From: Gammaproteobacteria bacterium
Lineage (GTDB): Bacteria; Pseudomonadota; Gammaproteobacteria; GCA-002705445; GCA-002716945
Length of the DNA stretch: 40,000 nt
Reading direction: 5' to 3'
Assembly (NCBI GenBank): GCA_045561295.1
Contig: JBJKYD010000015.1
Location: 9,888-49,887, forward strand
Position 1 is the stretch's first letter, and every line of letters starts with the position of its first letter. Below, one piece after another: positions 1 to 6,891 of the stretch. The notes under the pieces were generated by a model that did not search any database, was not told where the DNA came from, and was given only the letters and a program-made list of their open reading frames with translations. The position numbers were made by a program, and so were the translations under genes.

Positions 1-1
1 A

Positions 2-931
2 GCAGAAGGCGCGGTAGTAATGGAATTAATTCCAGGCATTCTAGTAATGCACGAAGGAATTACAGCTGTTAACTTAATCGGTGCTACATTATCATCAGGT
101 ATCTTTATAGGTATCGGTATTATTTACGGACATGAATTATCACATACCAAAGGTTTTGGTTTTGTAATTTCACGTTTGATGATGGCATTATCAGGTTCAG
201 CACATTTCTGCTATGCACACGTTTACAACCATCACCTAGAACTTGCTAGTGAAGATGATCCTGCAACTGCACCTCGCGGTCGTACAATTTATGGTCATTA
301 CCCACTATCATATCTAGGACAATCTAAATTCTTATACAACATGGAAAAAGAAAGACTTTCAAGAATGGGAGTTTCATTCATTTCATGGCAAAACCGTTGG
401 ATTCGTGGTTATTTAATGGCAGTACCTACAGTAGCACTATTCTTTATGGCTGGTGGCTGGATAGGTATGGCTGTATTAGCTACAGTCTGGGGAATTTCAA
501 ACTTCGAATTAGAAGCATTGAACTACTTAGAGCACTACGGTTTAATACGTGTAAAAGATCAACCTATTGATTATCGCCATAACTGGGATAACTCAACATG
601 TTTCACAGCATGGTTCTTCATCGAAATTGGTCGTCAAGCTGACCACCATGATCGTGGAGAAACACATTTCTGGGAACTTGAAAACGTAGGTTGCCCTAAT
701 ACAGGTTGGGGATACTTTGTAGTATTCTTCATCGCACTTGTACCGCCAATATGGCACTGGTATATGCGTAAAAGATTAGCTGCATGGGATACTCATTTTG
801 CTACAGACGAAGAAAAAGCGATTGCTGCAAGAATCAACAAAGAAGTTGGTTACGAAGGCACACCTTTCTCAGGCGATGTATTACAAGATGCTGGTAACGT
901 TGACCTTGGCTTAAGATCAGCTAAGAAGTAA
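2..931 (+). CDS. AlkB/XylM-family integral-membrane di-iron hydroxylase (fatty-acid-desaturase-like), 5' partial
   Basis: The frame is open to the left window edge (AEGAVV precedes the first Met), so roughly 100 aa are probably missing. All four AlkB-family signature boxes are visible: HELSHTKG (His box 1), AHVYNHH (His box 2), NYLEHYGL (HYG motif) and GRQADHHD (His box 3). Hydrophobic segments lie between them. Confidence 0.8.
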   Translation, partial: AEGAVVMELIPGILVMHEGITAVNLIGATLSSGIFIGIGIIYGHELSHTKGFGFVISRLMMALSGSAHFCYAHVYNHHLELASEDDPATAPRGRTIYGHYPLSYLGQSKFLYNMEKERLSRMGVSFISWQNRWIRGYLMAVPTVALFFMAGGWIGMAVLATVWGISNFELEALNYLEHYGLIRVKDQPIDYRHNWDNSTCFTAWFFIEIGRQADHHDRGETHFWELENVGCPNTGWGYFVVFFIALVPPIWHWYMRKRLAAWDTHFATDEEKAIAARINKEVGYEGTPFSGDVLQDAGNVDLGLRSAKK

Positions 932-957
932 CTTACACCCAAGCAGTAAGTAAATTT

Positions 958-990
958 GAAGGTGCCTGGATTTTAATCTAGACACCTTCA
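958..990 (+). terminator. Candidate stem-loop after the hydroxylase gene
   Basis: GAAGGTG (958-964) pairs with CACCTTC (983-989). Five more inner pairs follow after one mismatch. The downstream tract ATCTTATT is only weakly T-rich. Confidence 0.4.
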
Positions 991-1061
991 TCTTATTAAA
1001 GGGAAGGGGTTTTTAAGATATATGTCTTATCAATCAGCTAAATCTTATCTCGGAGAAAAAT

Positions 1062-1241
1062 ATGAAAGTAACTTATAATGCAGACGTTTGCACACACGCT
1101 GGGGAATGCGTAAAAGGTGCACCAAATGTATTCAAAGTGGTAGATGGTCAGTTTGTAATTGACACAGCTGCTGATAGTGAAGAAAATATAAGAGCAACTG
1201 TAGGTAACTGCCCGTCAGGCGCACTTGTAATCGAAGAGTAA
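1062..1241 (+). CDS. Small (59 aa) ferredoxin-like protein, divergent 4Fe-4S mono-cluster type
   Basis: Not in the supplied ORF track; hand-translated as MKVTYNADVCTHAGECVKGAPNVFKVVDGQFVIDTAADSEENIRATVGNCPSGALVIEE. It has a C-x5-C ... C-P cysteine pattern. A GGAG sits about 7 nt upstream of the ATG. It lies between a hydroxylase and a reductase. Confidence 0.6.
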   Translation: MKVTYNADVCTHAGECVKGAPNVFKVVDGQFVIDTAADSEENIRATVGNCPSGALVIEE

Positions 1242-1278
1242 AAAAAGTAACTAACTAATTCATAATTAGGGGGTAATT

Positions 1279-1930
1279 ATGCCAATTGGAGATCACTTAA
1301 GAGACGTTATGGACCTCTATGGAAGTCCAAAATGTCCTCACACAAATGCAGTGCTTATAGCTGCAGGTGAAAAAGGAGTTGATATCAACTCTCACGTAGA
1401 AGATGACTGGGGTCCTAGTTCATCAATCAGAAGCATGAGTCCACTAGGCATTGGACCGGTCCTTAAAGATCGTACAGCAGTAAACGTTGGTCTTAGTAGC
1501 ATGTATGTCTTATCTTGACGATAAAGGATTTGGACCATCACTAGTTCATAGAAATGGTGTAACCAGAGCAAGAATGTTCCAAGAGATCACTATAGCTCAA
1601 CAAACTGATTGTTCCGATGATGCTGCATTAGCTGCTGCATTAGATCAATTAGAGGCTACACTAAATTCACCACTTGGAAACATGAAAGGTGACTATTGTG
1701 TAGGTCAATACACATTAGCTGATTGTGCTTGGGCAGGTGTATGTCAAGTTGCAACAAACATGGGCAAAGGCACTGCTGTAAGCTCACGTTCTGCTGTCAA
1801 TACTTGGTTCGCTGCTGTTCAGTCACATCCATCAACAAGTAAAGAAGCTATCAACCCATTTAGCTGTCTATCTACTAAAGCTGATCATGATGCAAATAGT
1901 ATGCGTGACGTAAGAATTAATACTGCTTAA
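1279..1930 (+). pseudogene. Glutathione S-transferase-family gene interrupted by a +1 frame change
   Basis: ORF 1279-1518 encodes a GST N-terminal thioredoxin-like part (LYGSPKCPHTNAVLIAAGEKGVD ... SPLGIGPVLKD). ORF 1487-1930, in frame +1, continues with the expected ..MSYLDDKG.. and a helical C-domain (QYTLADCAW). The break must lie between the downstream-frame stop at 1481-1483 and the upstream-frame stop at 1516-1518. GGGGG sits upstream of ATG 1279. Confidence 0.6.
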
Positions 1931-1954
1931 TTACAAAAGTATTAATCTAAGAAT

Positions 1955-1990
1955 GGAAACCCCAGTTATTAATTGGGGTTTCTTTTTTTT
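1955..1990 (+). terminator. Rho-independent terminator
   Basis: GGAAACCCCA (1955-1964) pairs with TGGGGTTTC (1974-1982). A T8 run follows at 1983-1990. Confidence 0.85.
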
Positions 1991-2054
1991 GTCAAAGTGA
2001 TAATGTATTATCGAATATAACGAAACGCTTATACAACATTTTTTATATAGTTTT

Positions 2055-3155
2055 ATGAATATTTATAAATACTTATGGTTTTTTGGAACTAAACCACAAG
2101 ATAGCGAAGCAAGACTATTACCATCTGGTAAAAACTTAGAAGTCTCTCGCGATGAAACACTTTTGAATGCAGCTCTAGAGCAGGGTCTAGATTGGCCTCA
2201 CAATTGTAAATTTGGATCTTGCGGTGAATGCAAGTGTCGTTTAGTTAAAGGTAAAATTAAACCCATGGTTGACTTTAGTGAAGCGCTCACAAAACAAGAA
2301 TTAGCAGAGGATTATATTCTTGCATGCCAATCACGGCTAACAATGGATTGTGATATTGAAGTAGAGTTGGGCGATCTCATTAGAGTTCCTGCTAGAACTT
2401 GTAATGCAAAAGTAAAAGCTACTGAAATGCTAACATCAGATATCATGTCTTTAACAATTGGCACTGATAGTGATATCCCTGAAGGTAAAGACAGACCAGG
2501 ATTAGCAGGTATGTGGGCTGAACTATCTATACCAGGACTTGAACGTCCTAGATCATACTCATTTGCTAGCGCACCTCAAAATGAAAATAAAAATGAATTT
2601 ACTTTTTTCATTAGGAAAGTACCAGGCGGCAAGTTTACCGAATGGCTCTTCAGTGATGACAGAGATCCTGATGAATGTGTCACTATAAATGGCCCATTCG
2701 GCACATTTTATTTAAGAGAAAAAGAAACTCCAATCGTGTGCATTGCAGGCGGTAGTGGATTAGCACCAATAAAAGCAATTTTAGAGGGTGGTGTTAACGA
2801 TCAAATCAAAAGAGATGTTATTTTTCTATTTGGAGCGCGCACGCAAGCAGACTTATATTCATTAAAAGAGATAGAAGATATTAAAAATAATTGGAATAAG
2901 GACTCATCTTTTCAATTTATACCTGTTCTTAACATGGAACCAGAAGATAGTGATTGGAAAGGCGCAAGAGGAATGGTTACGGATTACTTTGAGCAAGAAG
3001 TAATTCCAAAACAAAATTTAGATATCAACGGGTGGCAAGCATATTTATGTGGACCTCCTCCGATGGTAGATGCTGCTGGTGTATGTCTCACTAAAAATGG
3101 TATTTCTGAAGATGAAATCTTCTATGATAAGTTTACAGATTCTAGTAATTTGTAA
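2055..3155 (+). CDS. XylA-type oxidoreductase: N-terminal plant-type 2Fe-2S ferredoxin domain fused to an FAD/NAD(P)H ferredoxin-reductase domain
   Basis: CKFGSCGECKC plus a later ILACQS cysteine form the 2Fe-2S ligand pattern. RSYSFAS is the R-x-Y-S flavin motif. GGSGLAPI is the NAD(P)H glycine motif. YLCGPPPMV is the typical C-terminal motif. Confidence 0.85.
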   Translation: MNIYKYLWFFGTKPQDSEARLLPSGKNLEVSRDETLLNAALEQGLDWPHNCKFGSCGECKCRLVKGKIKPMVDFSEALTKQELAEDYILACQSRLTMDCDIEVELGDLIRVPARTCNAKVKATEMLTSDIMSLTIGTDSDIPEGKDRPGLAGMWAELSIPGLERPRSYSFASAPQNENKNEFTFFIRKVPGGKFTEWLFSDDRDPDECVTINGPFGTFYLREKETPIVCIAGGSGLAPIKAILEGGVNDQIKRDVIFLFGARTQADLYSLKEIEDIKNNWNKDSSFQFIPVLNMEPEDSDWKGARGMVTDYFEQEVIPKQNLDINGWQAYLCGPPPMVDAAGVCLTKNGISEDEIFYDKFTDSSNL

Positions 3156-3285
3156 AAATTTGAAACAGCCCTTATTTATCAATAAATTCTTTACAAATCA
3201 TTATATTTAGATTATTTTATTTCTACGGTATGTGCATAATTTATATCACAATATCGTTAAATGCTAATATAAGAGGAGAGTAAAT

Positions 3286-3558
3286 ATGGGATTTCTATTC
3301 GGTAAGACAGCTCAAGGCACTTATGTCGTTGTAGCTTTCTGGATAGCGTGTTACTACTTCTTCAGCAGCATGTTCCCAATGTGGCACTTTGCACCAGGTT
3401 CAAACCCTGGACTTGCTGGGTGGCCTGTAGCATTACTTATTGGTACACTGTTAATTGTAGCTAATATGATAAGTGTTTATCTTTTCATAAAAGTTGCAGG
3501 TAACAGACCATGGGAATGGTTTGAAGATGGAGTCTACGGACCAGGAGACGAAGGGTAG
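3286..3558 (+). CDS. Small hypothetical membrane protein (90 aa, two predicted TM helices)
   Basis: Strong RBS AAGAGGAGAG lies 5 nt upstream of the ATG. Two hydrophobic stretches are present (VVVAFWIACYYFF and WPVALLIGTLLIVANMISVYLFI). I recognise no family. Confidence 0.5.
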   Translation: MGFLFGKTAQGTYVVVAFWIACYYFFSSMFPMWHFAPGSNPGLAGWPVALLIGTLLIVANMISVYLFIKVAGNRPWEWFEDGVYGPGDEG

Positions 3559-3667
3559 AAGAATTGCAACGGAAGTTGTGATACTTTAGGAGTCTTAATA
3601 CAAGGATTTTACGGGGGAAAGCTTAATTGATTTCAATACTGGACGTATGTCCCCAGCCATAAGACGT

Positions 3668-3681
3668 TATATATATATATA
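3668..3681. repeat. (TA)7 dinucleotide tract
   Basis: TATATATATATATA read directly. It ends 16 nt upstream of the likely start codon (3698) of the outer-membrane channel gene. Confidence 0.9.
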
Positions 3682-3697
3682 AATGAGGAAAAGTTAT

Positions 3698-5269
3698 ATG
3701 AAAACTTTAAAAAATGATTGGAAGCTAGGAGCTGCCGTCGGGACAGCGCTGTCTCTTGGCTCTGCTGGCGCAATCGCAGGACCACACGGGTTCGATCTTC
3801 ATAACGTGTTAAATGGAGCATCAGCATCATTCGCTGGTACATCTATTGCACATACAGAAGATCCAGTATCCGCAGTGTTTGGTAACCCTGCAACGCTTGC
3901 ACAATATTTCGGTGGTACTAACTTTATGTTTGGTGCTACTTTCTACATGCCACGTGCGCAAATGCGTCATGATGGTTCAGCTGGTTATGCTGTTACTAGA
4001 GGTAATAGTCTAAAGCTTGTAGTCAATGGCTCTGGTGTAACAAATGGTGATAATCCAGCGACTGCCTCAACTGAGACAGACGGCGGAGCTTCGCCAGGTG
4101 ATACTGTAGATCAATACTACGGTTTTGACTCAAGATCTGCACAAGATCTTTACGCTGTACCACAAGTTGCAGTAACACAAGATTTATCAGGTCTTGGTAT
4201 ACCTGTTGTACTTGGTGTTGGTGTAACAGCTACTAATGGTATTGGTGTTGATTATCAACACACATCAAACGCTATTGGTGCAGCAGCTGAACTTATTAAT
4301 TTAGGTGTAAACGCTGGTATCGGTATGAAAATGTCTGACACATTAGACGTTGGTGTAGCTTTAACAATTACTTATGCAATGCTTGAAGCAGGAGTTACAG
4401 GCTCTAGCACACAAAAGCATGACTTAGGTTTTAGAGGTACAATCGGTGCGCGTAAGCATATGGGCCCAATGACTATTGGTATGTATTACCAAGGTGAACT
4501 TGAGCATCAATATGCAAACTTACACGTAACAAGTAATCATGGAAGTACTCCATTTGATGAGCAGGATGGTGATTCAGATAGAGTAATCGCTGCCTCTGTA
4601 CAAAACTTGCATGCAAGTGTGACTTGTAACGGTGATAACGGCACTGTATGTAGACAAGACTTGAAAGTACAACAACCTTGGAACATAGGTTTAGGTATGT
4701 CTATGGATATGGGTAATGGCATGTTAGTAATGGCTGACTTTACACATAAAGCATGGTCTGACGCTCATTTCTTTAATGAGTTCTACGATGATCAAAATGT
4801 TGTATCTATAGGTATTCAAAAAACTATGGGTAACTTGAAGCTTCGTGCAGGATACGGATATGCAGATGATCCACTACTCAGCCAAGTTCAAGAGGGCGTT
4901 GAAGTTAAAACCATTGGTGGTATAGATGTTCATGGTAATGCTTATACATCTCCAATGTACGGAATATTTATGTCTTACTTCCAAGCTATGGAAACACCTG
5001 TAATCTACAAGCATAGATTAGCTGTAGGTCTTGGTGTTGAAAGCTTCTTGGGTGTTCCATTTTTATCATTGGACGCGCATGCAGCTGTTCAGCTTGAAGA
5101 AGATAAGTGTTTTGGTTCTGGTCAAACAGGATACTCAGGTGGCACAGGAGCTGCTGGCGGTACCGCACTTGGTGGTGGTCTAGCTGATGCTGGATGTACT
5201 GCATCTGATCACTCCAAAGCAACAGTTTCATCATTCCATATGGGTGGTGCTTTAACTTGGGCATTCTAA
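3698..5269 (+). CDS. FadL/TodX/XylN-family outer-membrane channel for hydrophobic compounds
   Basis: Start chosen at ATG 3698 (GAGGA lies 8 nt upstream) rather than the ORF-track ATG 3683. It has a signal peptide ending AGAIAGP. The N-terminus [31 protein letters not shown] parallels E. coli FadL [43 protein letters not shown] parallels FadL WTFRTGIAFDDSP. The C-terminus ..ALTWAF is a beta-barrel terminal Phe signature. Confidence 0.8.
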   Translation: [523 protein letters not shown]

Positions 5270-5316
5270 GTTAGAGAAAAGTATTTATATTACAATGATG
5301 TAATATAAAAGTAATT

Positions 5317-5342
5317 AGAGGGAGGATTAGGTTCTTCCCTCT
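5317..5342 (+). terminator. Candidate stem-loop after the channel gene
   Basis: AGAGGGAGG (5317-5325) pairs with CTTCCCTCT (5334-5342) with one G-U pair. The downstream sequence is AT-rich but has no clean T run. Confidence 0.45.
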
Positions 5343-5380
5343 GATATTTAATATTAAATATAAAAAGGAGCGCGCAAATA

Positions 5381-6742
5381 ATGAAAAAACTTATATCAAC
5401 TTTATATGGTATGTTGATGTCAGCTTTTCTTGCAGTAGCACTTGTACCAACACAAGCATTCTCAGATGAGACATGCATGTCACCATACATGGCTAAAATC
5501 GTAGGCCAAGAGGACTACGTATATGTATGGACATTAGGTCAAGTGGGCGTAGGAGATGAACAGGATAAATTGGTAACTATAGCAGTTAATCCAAATTCTC
5601 CACACTACGGCAATGTAATTGGACACGTTTCTGTCGGTGGACGTAATGAAGCTCATCATTCTGGTTTTACAGATGATAGACATTACCTCTGGGCAGCAAC
5701 ACTAGATACCAGTAAAATTTTCATTTTTGATGTTCATACAAATCCTAACAAACCAAAACTTCATAAAGTTATTACTAACTTTGTAAAAGCTTCTGGTGGA
5801 ATTGTAGGACCTCATACAACATATGCACTACCAGGAAGAATGATGATTTCTGGTCTTTCTAACAACCAAGACTTTGGTGGTAGAACAGCACTTGTTGAAT
5901 ATACAAATGATGGTACATATGTAGCTACATATCACATGCCACATGATGAAAACCTTTATGGTGCTACTAAAACAGGACAAATAGCTGATGGATACGGATA
6001 TGATGTTCGTGCATTACCACGTCGTAATGTTATGATCACATCTTCATTCACAGGTTGGAATAACTACATGATGAACTTAGGTAAACTCATGGGTGACTCT
6101 GATGCTATGAAACGTTTTGGTAACACAGTAGTAGTATGGGATTTACATTCACGTAAACCTAAAAAAGTATTTGACGTACCAGGTGCACCGCTTGAAATTA
6201 GATGTGCATGGGGTTCACAAAATAACTACTGCTTCACTACAACAGCATTGACTTCACAAATCTGGTTGATTTATGAAAAAGATGGCGAGTGGCACACTGA
6301 ATCTGTAGGAACTATTGGTGATCCTGCAAAAATTCCACTACCTGTAGACATCTCTATTACAGCTGATGATCAACATTTATGGGTAAATACATGGAATGAT
6401 GGCATGACAAGAGTATTTGATATTTCAAATCCTCACATGGCAAAAGAAGTGTACACACACAAAATTGGTGACCAAGTAAACATGCTATCTCAAAGCTGGG
6501 ATGGAAAACGTGTATACTTTACATCATCACTATTAGCTAACTGGGACAAAGCAGACGGACCAGAAAAAATGCCTCAGTTCTTCAAAGCATATCATTACAA
6601 AGATGGCAAATTGGAATTCCAATTCGCTCTTGATTTTGCTAAAGAAAAACTTGGTATGCCTCATCAAATGAGATTTGGTGCATATTCTTTATATGCTAAA
6701 TCTCCAAAAGATGGAGCTAAAGTCGCAGAACTTTCTAAGTAA
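5381..6742 (+). CDS. mtoX: Selenium-binding-protein (SBP56) family methanethiol oxidase, periplasmic
   Basis: Sec-type signal peptide (..VPTQAFS). Blocks are shared with human SELENBP1: [20 protein letters not shown] vs [40 protein letters not shown] vs [28 protein letters not shown] vs RHNVMIST, and [17 protein letters not shown] vs DGKRLYITTSLYSAWDK. RBS AAAGGAG is present. Confidence 0.9.
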   Translation: [453 protein letters not shown]

Positions 6743-6806
6743 AGTTCTGTCTAAGTTATTAGACACCCTCATTGGTGGTTAATAACGTAAAATGGCTGAA
6801 ACGTTG

Positions 6807-6840
6807 AGGCCGCTTGATCTAGGTTAAGCGGCCTTTTACG
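6807..6840 (+). terminator. Rho-independent terminator after mtoX
   Basis: AGGCCGCTT (6807-6815) pairs with AAGCGGCCT (6826-6834), followed by TTTT. The outer CGTAAAA/TTTTACG pair could extend the stem. Confidence 0.65.
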
Positions 6841-6891
6841 TACTAAAATAAAGGTTGTTTGAATACCAAAATAAACTAAAATAAGACAGGG

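Noticed and set aside
385-570. 61-aa ORF nested in another frame inside the hydroxylase gene
   Set aside because: It lies entirely within a well-supported CDS and has no RBS. Its translation has no recognisable features, so it is a frame shadow.
3786-3800. GGGTTCGATCTTC, reminiscent of a tRNA T-arm
   Set aside because: No acceptor, D or anticodon stems can be folded around it, and it lies inside the channel CDS.
3633-3842. 69-aa minus-strand ORF spanning the leader and start of the outer-membrane channel gene; a similar one lies at 5290-5490 over the mtoX start
   Set aside because: Both are antisense to strongly supported genes and their RBS regions. They show no start context and their products are low-complexity, so they are treated as chance ORFs.
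6855-6882. TTGTTT-16 nt-TAAAAT promoter-like element upstream of the SCO1-MauG gene
   Set aside because: It would place the transcription start only a few nt before ATG 6892, leaving no room for an RBS. Such hexamers are frequent in AT-rich DNA, so it is not reported as a feature.
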